Positions 1 to 9,404 of a stretch of 21,359 nucleotides of DNA are shown here, in pieces. The stretch covers positions 1 to 21,359 of the forward strand of contig JBHGBC010000104.1 in assembly GCA_041946805.1 (NCBI GenBank), read 5' to 3'. The DNA is from a bacterium. Lineage in GTDB: Bacteria; Hinthialibacterota; Hinthialibacteria; Hinthialibacterales; Hinthialibacteraceae. The position numbers and the translations under genes were made by a program. Under the pieces are notes generated by a model. That model was not told the origin of the DNA. It was given only the letters and a program-made list of their open reading frames with translations, and ran no database searches. Position 1 is the stretch's first letter. Every line of letters begins with the position of its first letter.

Positions 1-24
1 TGATTGTCGTTTTTGGGGTAACAT
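1..24 (-). CDS. 5' end of a gene truncated by the window edge (MLPQKRQS...), product unknown
   Basis: The reverse strand reads GAGGAGG-tatata-ATG (ATG at 24..22), a perfect Shine-Dalgarno with normal spacing. The frame is open to the window edge and co-oriented with the glp genes. Confidence 0.6.
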
Positions 25-56
25 TATATACCTCCTCGGTTGTGTACGGAGAGTAG

Positions 57-161
57 CCCGGAGGGAGAGGGAATTGGGGGTTGATCTCCTGAACCAGTCT
101 GATTGAGAACGGGCCGTGTTTTGGGTGGAAAAGTACGCACTTGCCGGATGAACCTGAAAAA
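57..161 (+). mobile_element. Right half of the MITE-like element (partial GGGAGAGGG hairpin arm, ~62 nt spacer, terminal repeat GTACGCACTTGCCGGATGAACCTG)
   Basis: 133..156 is the reverse complement of the CAGGTTCATCCGG(G/C)AAGTGC(G/A)TAC end seen at 7775 and 10413. The spacing from GAGAGGG-AATT to the repeat matches 10541..10605. Confidence 0.65.
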
Positions 162-162
162 C

Positions 163-909
163 CTACTGCAAAATCGCGTACACTTCCGCGGCCACGAGCG
201 CGCCTAAAATGGGGCCGGCCACGGGTACCCAGGCGTAGCCCCAGTCGCTGTCCCGCTTCCCCGGCACGGGGAGAAACGCATGCGCCAGGCGGGGGCCGAG
301 GTCACGCGCGGGATTGATGGCGTAGCCGGTGGTCCCGCCCAGGGACAGGCCGATGGCGAACACCAGCAGGGCGACCGGCAACGCGCCCAACGTGCCGAGG
401 CCGATCATCACTTCGCTGCTTTCCGTCCCGGAGGGCAGGGCAAACTTCACCGGGGTCATGAGAAAGAGAGGCAGGATCAGCAAAAACGTGCCGAAAGCCT
501 CGCAGAAAAAAGCCTGGGGAATGTTCCGGATGTTCGGCGCGGTGCAAAAGCAGGCCATTTTAGTATCGGGATCGGCAGTGGCCTTGAAGTGTTCGCGGTA
601 AAAGAGATACACCAGCGCGCCGCCCAGGATGCCTCCCAGCATCTGTGACAAAATGTATCCGGGGACCTGTGACCAGGCGAAACTTCCCGCGGCGGCCAGG
701 CCCACGGTGACGGCCGGATTGAGATGCGCGCCGCTGATCGGCATCGAACAAAAAACGCCGACATATACTCCAAAACCCCACCCCGCGGTGATCACAATCC
801 ACCCGGCGTTGTTTCCCTTGGTCCGCGCCAGCACCACATTGGCCACCACACCGTTGCCGAAAATCACGAGAATCGCCGTGCCGATCAATTCCGCCAGAAA
901 TGGACTCAT
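163..909 (-). CDS. glpF: Glycerol uptake facilitator (MIP/aquaglyceroporin family)
   Basis: Two NPA boxes (SGAHLNPAVT, GYAINPARDLGPR) with the glycerol-channel Asp after the second NPA. Multiple hydrophobic helices. Clustered with glpK and glpD. Confidence 0.95.
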   Translation of the reverse strand: MSPFLAELIGTAILVIFGNGVVANVVLARTKGNNAGWIVITAGWGFGVYVGVFCSMPISGAHLNPAVTVGLAAAGSFAWSQVPGYILSQMLGGILGGALVYLFYREHFKATADPDTKMACFCTAPNIRNIPQAFFCEAFGTFLLILPLFLMTPVKFALPSGTESSEVMIGLGTLGALPVALLVFAIGLSLGGTTGYAINPARDLGPRLAHAFLPVPGKRDSDWGYAWVPVAGPILGALVAAEVYAILQ

Positions 910-1013
910 CGATTATTGCTCCTTTGCTGTATGGTGGTTGATAATTCATCTGAATCGAAGCAAAAGTCAAAAAACCCAAAGGACATCAGGGACGAAAAGG
1001 ACCATAGGGATCA

Positions 1014-1074
1014 TGCCGGCAAGATGCCGGCGCCACCAATTCCCTCACCCCAGCCCTCTCCCAGCGGGAGAGGG
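1014..1074. repeat. Two adjacent REP-like palindromes in the glpD-glpF spacer
   Basis: TGCCGGC-AAGAT-GCCGGCG-CCACC (1014..1037; related to 7293..7317) is followed by CCCTCACCCCAGCCCTCTCCCAGCGGGAGAGGG (1042..1074). Confidence 0.75.
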
Positions 1075-1106
1075 AAATTACCTGTGATGGGTTACGCGCT
1101 GACGCG

Positions 1107-2687
1107 CTAATCCATCCTACTTCCTATTTCTGGATCAAACGCCACGGCGGTTTGGTTGAATGATTCGACCTGCCGCCGTTGCCAGGCTTCATCCCCTCTC
1201 AATTCGGCCGCCAGGAATCGCGTCGCCGCGGGCGCCATGGCCCGGGCCGCCCGCACGTTCAAAAAGAGGGCGCGGGTGCGCCGGGCGAGCACATCCTCCA
1301 CCGTGCGGGCCATCTCGTTCCGCGCCGCCCAGACCACTTCGGCCCCACAGGTGGGCAATGCATCGTGCAGCGGCTCCCCCAACTCGGGCCGGCCCCGGAT
1401 CAGTTCCCCAAGCGCCTCGGCGTCCGCGCCGTACCCGGAGAACGGCCTGGGCGTCTCGGCCGGCCGCCGGTATCCATGGATCCGGAGCTCGCGGGTTACG
1501 CAGGGCCGTTCGTCAAGCCGCGCCAGGACGATGGCGTGATCCACGGCATCCTCGGCCATCTTCCGGTACGTGGTCCACTTGCCGCCCACAATGGTCAGCA
1601 GGCCGGATGTGGAGATATGGATCGTGTGATCGCGCGACAACGCGGCGGTGCTGGAACTCCCCCCCGCCTTCACCAGCGGGCGGATGCCGGTGAACACGCT
1701 GAGAATGTCGGACCGCGAGGGCCGCCGGGCGAGATAGCCGCCCGCGGTTTCGAGGATGAAATCGATCTCGTGCGCGAGGGGCCGCGGTTCCAGGCTCAAT
1801 TCCGTGATCGGCGTGTCGGTGGTCCCCACGACGGTGTGACCGTGCCAAGGAATGGCGAACATCACCCGGCCGTCGCGGGTGTGGGGGACCATGATGGCCG
1901 TGCCGCCCGGGAGATACGAATGATCCAGCACGATGTGCACGCCCTGGCTGGGGGCGATCAGGGCCTCGGCTTCGGGATCGTCCCGCCGCCGCAGTTCGTC
2001 GCCGAAGGGGCCGGTGGCGTTGATGACGCAGCGGGCGGATAGTCCATGACTTTGGCCGGTTTCCGCATCCTGAAATTCAAGACCCTTGATGTAGCCGTCC
2101 GTGTCCTTCACGAGCCGGGTCACGCGGGCGTAATTCAGCAAACACGCGCCCAGACCGGCGGCGGTTTGCGCGAGATTGATCAGCAGGCGGCTGTCGTCGA
2201 ACTGCCCGTCGTGATACAGCACCCCGCCGCGCAGGCCTTCCTGTTCGAGGGTCGGGATGCCTTCCAGTACTTCCTCCCGCGATAACAGGCGCGACCGGCC
2301 GAAATTGTATTTCCCCGCCAGCAGGTCGTAGACCTTCAGGCCGATGCCGTAGAACGGGGCTTCCCACCATTGGTAGTTGGGCACCACGAAGCGCAGATCC
2401 TGAACCAGGTGCGGGGCGTTTTGCAGCAGGATGCCGCGCTCCTTCAGGGCTTCCATGACCAGGGAGATATTACCCTGTTGGAGATACCGCACTCCGCCAT
2501 GCACCAACTTGGTGGAGCGGCTCGAGGTCCCCTTGCCGAAATCGCTTTGTTCGAGCAAGACGGCGGCATAGCCCCGCGCGGCGGCGTCCACCGCAATGCC
2601 CACGCCCGTGGCCCCGCCGCCCACGATGGCGAGATCCCACGGCTCTTGGCGTTCGAGTATGCGATGCAAGAACGGTTCGCGTTGCAT
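1107..2687 (-). CDS. glpD: FAD-dependent glycerol-3-phosphate dehydrogenase (GlpA/GlpD family)
   Basis: N-terminal DLAIVGGGATGVGIA FAD-binding motif; GTSSRSTKLVHGGVRYL, GIRPL, LSRDH, GGKWTTYRKMAE and EDVLARRTR motifs. Confidence 0.93.
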   Translation of the reverse strand: MQREPFLHRILERQEPWDLAIVGGGATGVGIAVDAAARGYAAVLLEQSDFGKGTSSRSTKLVHGGVRYLQQGNISLVMEALKERGILLQNAPHLVQDLRFVVPNYQWWEAPFYGIGLKVYDLLAGKYNFGRSRLLSREEVLEGIPTLEQEGLRGGVLYHDGQFDDSRLLINLAQTAAGLGACLLNYARVTRLVKDTDGYIKGLEFQDAETGQSHGLSARCVINATGPFGDELRRRDDPEAEALIAPSQGVHIVLDHSYLPGGTAIMVPHTRDGRVMFAIPWHGHTVVGTTDTPITELSLEPRPLAHEIDFILETAGGYLARRPSRSDILSVFTGIRPLVKAGGSSSTAALSRDHTIHISTSGLLTIVGGKWTTYRKMAEDAVDHAIVLARLDERPCVTRELRIHGYRRPAETPRPFSGYGADAEALGELIRGRPELGEPLHDALPTCGAEVVWAARNEMARTVEDVLARRTRALFLNVRAARAMAPAATRFLAAELRGDEAWQRRQVESFNQTAVAFDPEIGSRMD

Positions 2688-2813
2688 GGGAATAAGTTAT
2701 CCGGGCGGGAAGCAAGGTCCGCCTCAACACCGCACAATTCTCTCAGAAAGGGAGGTTATCCCAGGGACATGGTGCAACGTACACATACTTTCAATCATGT
2801 TTCTTTTTTCTTT

Positions 2814-2846
2814 CCCTCACCCCGGCCCTCTCCCAGAGGGAGAGGG
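2814..2846. repeat. REP-like palindrome, CCCTCACC...CCCTCTCCC-n-GGGAGAGGG family
   Basis: CCCTCACCCCGGCCCTCTCCCAGAGGGAGAGGG. Near-identical copies at 1042, 7529, 10509, 18178 and 21204; partial or degenerate copies near 57, 7323 and 21304. Confidence 0.8.
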
Positions 2847-2942
2847 AAGAGAAAAGCGGGATCATGCATGTGATGGATTACGTCCTGACGTGCCAAGCCA
2901 GCCAACCGTATTGCATTAACCTCATCCGAAGCCCTTTTAAAC

Positions 2943-2965
2943 TAGCCCAGGACTTTAGTCCTGGG
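2943..2965. repeat. REP-like palindrome, TAGCCCAGG...CCTGGG family
   Basis: TAG-CCCAGGACT-TT-AGTCCTGGG. Related hairpins at 7204..7232 and, inverted, at 7717..7746. Confidence 0.6.
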
Positions 2966-3022
2966 AGAGAGATAGGCGGCGCGCAGCGCGTTGATCCAAT
3001 CCACACCGCCATGTGATCGATT

Positions 3023-4516
<1,494 letters not shown>

Positions 4517-4876
4517 AACCGGGTTTCCTCTTTTCCAATCAGACAATTCGCGGCGTGGAAGCACCGCCGGGTCGCGAATGCAAGGTGCGGGATTGGTTGT
4601 ACCATAATGGGCAGGACAGATAAAGACGACACTGAGGATTATCGGCCGGCGGAAGCGGCGGAAGGAGAAATCGGAATTCTCCGCCGCGGCGCGGAGGGAC
4701 GGCCGGTTCCATCCCGCTTCCTTTTTGTTGTCCGTCCCTACGCGTTTTCCCCGATCCCCAAATCCGTAGTTTCCCGAATGGTTCCCGCCGGCAATCCCGC
4801 CTACTCTTCTGTGTGAGAGAGAAATTCAATCGGACATCGGCGCGTGCTCTCAATCCACGGACCGGAGGACACTCCC

Positions 4877-5572
4877 ATGGCGAAACGAACCTGGAAACTC
4901 CACGAGTACGATTGGCAAACGTTCTGGCTCACCACACTGCGCGTGGTGATCGGCTGGCATTTCTTGTTCGAGGGATTGATCAAAATGGCCCATCCCGCCT
5001 GGAGCTCCCAGGGCTACCTGGTCAATTCGTGGGGCCCCCTGGCGCCCCTGTTCCAAGGGATGGCGGCGCTCCAGGTGAAAGACACATTCCTGTTGAACTG
5101 GATTCTGCCCGCCTCGCTCAGCCAGACCTGCTGGATCCTCCGCCTCACCGATTTCTTCATCCCCTGGGCGCTGGTGCTGGCCGGCGGGGGGCTGATGGCG
5201 GGACTGTTCACAACCCTGGCCGCGTGGCTGGCGATCGGCCTGCTGGCGCTGTTCATCGCCGCCGCCCCGCCGCTCGATCTGCTGCCCCGGGGGGTGGAAA
5301 CCGACTGGACCGTCTTCTACGCCGACCTCTCATACGCGCAATGGGCGGGCCGGAGCATGATGGGTTCGGAGGGCAACTATTACCTGGTGAACAAAAACCT
5401 GGTGGAACTGATGGCGCTGGCGGCCTTGCTGACGATGAATGGGAGCAAACTCTACGGGCTGGACAATGTTTTCGCTCCCGTGGGGGAGAAAGACGCTCCG
5501 GCGTTGGCGCCGGAAGAGCCTCAGCCCGCCTCACCGGCGTTCGGCGCAACGGCGGATGGCCGGACGGGTTGA
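4877..5572 (+). CDS. DoxX/DoxD-like family membrane protein
   Basis: LRVVIGWHFLFEGLIK, WSSQGYL, GLFTTLAA, EGNYYLVNKNLVE and YGLD are typical DoxX motifs. About 4 hydrophobic segments. ATG 4877 follows GGAGG. Confidence 0.85.
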   Translation: MAKRTWKLHEYDWQTFWLTTLRVVIGWHFLFEGLIKMAHPAWSSQGYLVNSWGPLAPLFQGMAALQVKDTFLLNWILPASLSQTCWILRLTDFFIPWALVLAGGGLMAGLFTTLAAWLAIGLLALFIAAAPPLDLLPRGVETDWTVFYADLSYAQWAGRSMMGSEGNYYLVNKNLVELMALAALLTMNGSKLYGLDNVFAPVGEKDAPALAPEEPQPASPAFGATADGRTG

Positions 5573-5599
5573 GTGGGCAATCCACCCAAAAGATGGTAC

Positions 5600-5625
5600 G
5601 GGCGGACACCTAGCTCCGCCCCTAC
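5600..5625 (-). repeat. GTAG-type REP palindrome
   Basis: The reverse strand reads GTAGGGGCGGAGCTAGGTGTCCGCCC. Related copies at about 7837..7862 and 10476..10501. Confidence 0.7.
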
Positions 5626-5657
5626 AAAGAATCATTGAAACCGGAAAGGAAACGACC

Positions 5658-7112
5658 ATGAAACCCGACGCGGAAAAGAAACTGATTGGCAGGCGGAATT
5701 TTTTGAAGGCGGCGGCGGTGCTGCCCGCGCTCGGCGCGGTGAGTTACAAGGCGCAGGGGGTCGGTCCGGTGAAAACGGGCATCGTGGGGACGGGCATGGA
5801 AGGGCGCATCCTGATCAGCCTCTGCGATCCCAAGTTCATCTATCTGACCGCCCTGTGCGACATCCGGCCCGACAACCGGGCGCTCGGCCTGGAAATGCTG
5901 AAAAAGCCCGAACTGGGACACAATCCCAACGCCCGCGTGTACGAGCAATACGAAGACCTGCTGAACGATTCCGAACTCGAGGCGGTGATCATCGCCACGC
6001 CCTTCTTCCAGCACGGCCCCATGGCCCTCCAGGCCCTCCAGGCCGGCAAGCACGTCTTCGTCGAAAAGACCATGGCCTACACGATCGGCGAATGCCGGGA
6101 GATGACCCGCCTGGCCAAGGCCAAGGGGCTCAATCTGCAGGTGGGCCATCAGCGTTTCTACAATCCCCTCTACTGGGACGCCCACCGCATGATCCAGGAA
6201 GGGCTGCTGGGCGAGATTCACCACATCCGCGCCCTGTGGCACCGCAACACGGATTGGAACTACTGGACCTATTTCCGCAAAATGGTTCCTGGGGATTTAC
6301 AAAAGCAGCTGCGGGCCCTGGATCCCACCCGTTACGGCTATCCCGACCTCCAACACTTGGTTAACTGGCGCTGGTACGAAACATATTCACGGGGATTGTG
6401 GACCGAACTGTGCAGCCACCAGATCGCGGTGACCAACTGGTTTTGGGGCTCGATCCCCACGGCGGTCTACGCCACGGGAGGGAAATTCAAGAGCGAGGAT
6501 GCCCAGAACGAACTATACCTGGAATATCTGAGCGAATTCCAGACCAAGAAGAAATACAACGACACCGGCGCGGCCGATTTCGATGCCTACCGCGGCCAAC
6601 TCAAGGGCTACCGCCGGGACGACCGCGACATCGAGGATCACATTTATGCCATCTTCGAATATCCGGGCAACCGCACCGTGACCTACTCGTGCATCCAGAG
6701 CAACAGCGTGGACCAGTACTACGAGCACATCATGGGCACGCGCGGCAGTCTGATCCTCGCCAACGAAAACGAATCCTACCTCTTCTGGGAACCGGGCTGG
6801 AACGAGGAATCGGCCCAGAAGGCGGCCAAGGAAGAGAAATCCACTCAGGTGGACGTGGTCAAGGAAGACGCCGGCCAGTCGGCCTTCGCCGCCCATGTCT
6901 CCCAGGAAGCCACGGGCAAGGGCGGGGCGAGCGGCATGGCCCCCACGGATCCTTACCGCTTCGAACTGCAGGGCTTCGCGCACACCATCCGCGCCGGCGC
7001 GCCCAACTTGTGCGACGGGATCAAGGGTATGCAGGCCGCCCTCGCCTGCTTCGCCGGTCAGAAATCGATAAAGCGTAAACAACGGATCGAAATCACGCCG
7101 TTGAGCGTATAG
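5658..7112 (+). CDS. Tat-exported Gfo/Idh/MocA-family NAD(P)-dependent oxidoreductase, 484 aa
   Basis: Twin-arginine signal GRRNFLKAAA; Rossmann GIVGTGMEG; VIIATP..H, GKHVFVEKT, QVGHQR, WRWY and ELCSHQI motifs. ATG 5658 follows AAGGA. Confidence 0.9.
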   Translation: MKPDAEKKLIGRRNFLKAAAVLPALGAVSYKAQGVGPVKTGIVGTGMEGRILISLCDPKFIYLTALCDIRPDNRALGLEMLKKPELGHNPNARVYEQYEDLLNDSELEAVIIATPFFQHGPMALQALQAGKHVFVEKTMAYTIGECREMTRLAKAKGLNLQVGHQRFYNPLYWDAHRMIQEGLLGEIHHIRALWHRNTDWNYWTYFRKMVPGDLQKQLRALDPTRYGYPDLQHLVNWRWYETYSRGLWTELCSHQIAVTNWFWGSIPTAVYATGGKFKSEDAQNELYLEYLSEFQTKKKYNDTGAADFDAYRGQLKGYRRDDRDIEDHIYAIFEYPGNRTVTYSCIQSNSVDQYYEHIMGTRGSLILANENESYLFWEPGWNEESAQKAAKEEKSTQVDVVKEDAGQSAFAAHVSQEATGKGGASGMAPTDPYRFELQGFAHTIRAGAPNLCDGIKGMQAALACFAGQKSIKRKQRIEITPLSV

Positions 7113-7125
7113 CCAACAACGGTTG

Positions 7126-7165
7126 CGGGGGTGTGGAACAGGCTCCCCACACCCCCGTTTTTTTT
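7126..7165 (+). terminator. Rho-independent terminator of the DoxX-Gfo operon
   Basis: 11-bp perfect stem CGGGGGTGTGG / CCACACCCCCG with a 10-nt loop, followed by T8, starting 14 nt after the stop codon. Confidence 0.85.
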
Positions 7166-7392
7166 GGTGCATCCAGGGTTTGACGGATTCGGCCAGGGTA
7201 CCCAGAATAGCCCAGGGTTAAAACCCTGGGCTGCTGTAGGCGGCCCCTTGAAAGGGGCGCTAAGGAAAAAGGGGGGGAGATGATTTTTTTCATGCAGGCG
7301 AGGACGCCTGCACTACCATGGCCCCTCACCCCCGGCTTCTCTCTCAGAAGGGGGATTATCTTTACCCAAATGTCCAGATGGAGAGAGAATCC

Positions 7393-7473
7393 GGGAGGGC
7401 GAATCCGGGTGAGCCGTCCTATAATCCATCGGCTTGGGGTTCTCAAGCGGCCCGGCGGGAGCCTCGCCCTCCC
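7393..7473. repeat. REP doublet (REPIN-like): GGGAGGGCGA... / ...TCGCCCTCCC
   Basis: Arms at 7393..7416 and 7448..7473 are inverted. An inverted copy of the same 81-nt length lies at 21121..21201. Confidence 0.75.
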
Positions 7474-7528
7474 ATTCTAGATCCTGGTTTTTCCGGCAGC
7501 CGAAGGGTTGTCATTTCAGCAAGGTTTT

Positions 7529-7642
7529 CCCTCACCCCGGCCCTTCTCCCAGAGGAAGAGGGAATTTTGGATTGAACTCTTAAGCCAGACGGATGAAAGA
7601 ACGATCGCGCTTTCCAGATAAAAAGCACGCACTTACCGGATG
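7529..7642 (+). mobile_element. Right half of the MITE-like element, terminal repeat truncated
   Basis: CCCTCACC hairpin (7529..7562), then AATT and ~63 nt, then AAAAGCACGCACTTACCGGATG, which breaks off at GTAAC (7643). Confidence 0.6.
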
Positions 7643-7774
7643 GTAACTATTGACCCGTCTGCAGGGAAGAATATATGCCGCCCCTTCCGGGCTTGTGATT
7701 TGTTGTGTTCCTTTTCCCCAGGGCTTCTTACGCCCTGGGCTATTCTCATGCCGCGCTTTCAGCGCTCAAAAAAT

Positions 7775-7870
7775 CAGGTTCATCCGGGAAGTGCGTACAT
7801 AATGAGGTAAAATCGATTCCATTCACTCCGGGATGAGGGCAGACACCAAGGTCCGCCCCTACAAAAATCC
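7775..7870 (+). mobile_element. Left half of the MITE-like element
   Basis: CAGGTTCATCCGGGAAGTGCGTAC...ATTCCATTCACTCC...GGGCAGACACCAAGGTCCGCCCCTACAAAAAT aligns collinearly with 10413..10508. Confidence 0.7.
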
Positions 7871-7994
7871 CGCATTGGGGCCCATTTCCAGAGGCATCTA
7901 TTTGCCATAGGTTATTCCTTTGTATCTCCTTCGAGGATTTGGTATGCGTTCTGGTGGGTTTCGTTACACTCAACCCACCCTACATTTTCTGAGG

Positions 7995-8319
7995 AACTAC
8001 ACAGACGCCGACGTGCGCTTCCTAGCCCAGCGGCTGGAGAAATACCGGGACGAGTTCTTCACGTTTCTGTGTCATCCGGAGGTGCCCCCGACCAACAACC
8101 ACGTCGAGCGCGAGATCCTGTCGGCGGTGCTGATGCGCAAAATCATTTACGGCAACCGCAGCGACCAGGGCGCTGACCCAAGCGGTGTTGATGACCGTTT
8201 TCCGCACCCTGAAATTGCACTTCTACAATCCCCTGTCCACCCTCGTTTCGGCCCTGCGGGACTACGTCCGCACGGAGCATCTGCCGCCTTTCCCGCCGGT
8301 TCTCAATTCAGAAGAGTGA
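7995..8319 (+). pseudogene. C-terminal remnant of an IS66-family DDE transposase (frameshifted)
   Basis: Reads ...RLEKYRDEFFTFLCHPEVPPTNNHVEREILSAVLMRKIIYGNRSDQGA. After a frameshift near 8172 it continues LTQAVLMTVFRTLKLHFYNPLSTLVSALRDYVRTEHLPPFPPVLNSEE* (TGA 8317..8319). This matches the IS66 PxTNNxxERxxR...RK...G.RS..GA signature. The N-terminus is missing. Confidence 0.85.
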
Positions 8320-8327
8320 CCTGTTAC
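8303..8327. mobile_element. Right terminal inverted repeat of the IS66-family element (...GAGTGACCTGTTAC)
   Basis: Ends in TTAC (IS66 ends read 5'-GTAA), overlaps the transposase stop codon, and is followed immediately by an abrupt switch to AT-rich DNA. Confidence 0.7.
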
Positions 8328-8404
8328 GATTTTTTTATTATGCCAATACATTTAATGACATCTTTGAACACATTGATCGATATATTTTATTTTTGAAAAT
8401 AATG

Positions 8405-8433
8405 TTGACAAACGATTTTTGTACTGCTATGGT
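8405..8433 (+). promoter_or_regulatory. Putative sigma70 promoter of the island genes
   Basis: Perfect -35 TTGACA (8405..8410), 17-nt spacer ending in TGn, then -10 TATGGT (8428..8433). An alternative extended -10, TGg-TATATT, overlaps it. Confidence 0.6.
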
Positions 8434-8543
8434 ATATTCGATTTAAGTATTGATTAAAAAGGAGAAGTTTTTGAAAAAGTGTTTTGGGGGCTCAGATATT
8501 GATTGTTTCGGTCATGCGAATATTTGAAAAGCGAGGTGGCAAT

Positions 8544-9371
8544 ATGAAGGGAAAATACACCATTTTTTCTTTTGCGCTGCTGATGGGAATTTTTTTTATT
8601 GGAAATAGTTTTTCGTATAATCCGCATTTCGGATCCTTTATTCAATCCACTGGCTATTTTCCAACCGGAGATCCAATTTTTAATACAAGTTTTTATGGGA
8701 TTCCATTTTCTGAATTGTTTGCGCGACGATGCGATCTCTCCTGGATTGATCCACAATATGGTGCTTGTTGTGAGTATAGAGGCTATATTCAAGATCAAAA
8801 TGGTTACAATTGGAACAGCTATGTCTGGGGTTGGGCATTTGATTCCGTTCTATCCGCAAGTGATCAGGAAGGATATAATATCCTGAATGGGGATCCGCGA
8901 AATATAGCACAAGTTCGATGGACTATTTTCAGGCATAAGGAATGGAGACCAGATGGCTCTGTTGCATACGAATTGCATAGTGATAATTGGGTAGTCGATG
9001 GAGGGATCAAGTATCCAGATCAAATGGCCTACATTGACAACCAATATATACCTGATCCTCCATCAAGATTGTCTTATGGGAATTGGCATTTCCGTCTATA
9101 TGATCATCCAGGAATTATTGATGCAAGCTATCATTATCATATAAGTGGAAATTATGTAGAAGTGGGTTTATTTTACGCTCAATTTGAACATACGTATCAC
9201 GACACGAATGGGGAAGTGGCACCCAATCGAGGACATACAATTAAAGTATTGTTGAGACAACCCCAATCGGATTGCTTTTTGGATGATAACATCGAACTGG
9301 TGTGGGAAACGACTGGTCAACCCATACCCGATTGGCAAAATCCCCCAGCTGGTTTGGAATTTCCTGATTAA
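8544..9371 (+). CDS. Secreted hypothetical protein, 275 aa
   Basis: Long ORF in AT-rich DNA, where chance ORFs of this length are unlikely. GAGGTGG RBS before ATG 8544. Signal peptide MKGKYTIFSFALLMGIFFIGNSFS. Rich in aromatic residues, His and Asp. Confidence 0.8.
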   Translation: MKGKYTIFSFALLMGIFFIGNSFSYNPHFGSFIQSTGYFPTGDPIFNTSFYGIPFSELFARRCDLSWIDPQYGACCEYRGYIQDQNGYNWNSYVWGWAFDSVLSASDQEGYNILNGDPRNIAQVRWTIFRHKEWRPDGSVAYELHSDNWVVDGGIKYPDQMAYIDNQYIPDPPSRLSYGNWHFRLYDHPGIIDASYHYHISGNYVEVGLFYAQFEHTYHDTNGEVAPNRGHTIKVLLRQPQSDCFLDDNIELVWETTGQPIPDWQNPPAGLEFPD

Positions 9372-9404
9372 ATTAACCTGCAGAAATATTGGAGGATAAG
9401 GCAC

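Larger units (their letters stand above)
7204..7983. repeat. Cluster of multiple REP-like palindrome families
   Basis: AGAATAGCCCAGGGTTAAAACCCTGGGCT (7204..7232); GCCCCTTGAAAGGGGC (7243..7258); TGCAGGCG-AGGA-CGCCTGCA-CTACC (7293..7317); CCCTCACC family (7323, 7529); GGGAGGGCGA doublet (7393..7473); inverted TAGCCCAGG family (7717..7746); GTAG REPs (7837..7862 and GGTGGGTTTCGTTACACTCAACCCACCCTAC at 7953..7983). Confidence 0.75.

Noticed and set aside
5439..5657. Upstream start for the first Gfo/Idh/MocA gene
   Set aside because: It overlaps the DoxX gene and a REP. The Tat signal and RBS place the start at 5658.
7746..7973. Minus-strand ORF containing RNNLWQ next to GTAG REPs, considered as a RAYT transposase fragment
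   Set aside because: No HUH motif, no following F/Y-x-D/E-H and no YI..NP motif; the remainder translates repeat DNA.
7113..7990. CRISPR array or integron attC cassette array
   Set aside because: The repeats are heterogeneous hairpins with no constant repeat-spacer periodicity. No cas or integrase gene is present, and no clear RYYYAAC...GTTRRRY bounded sites flank the island genes.
7920..8396. 158-aa ORF as an intact gene
   Set aside because: Chimeric. Its start runs through a REP, the middle is IS66 transposase, and the transposase C-terminus continues in another frame after about 8172.
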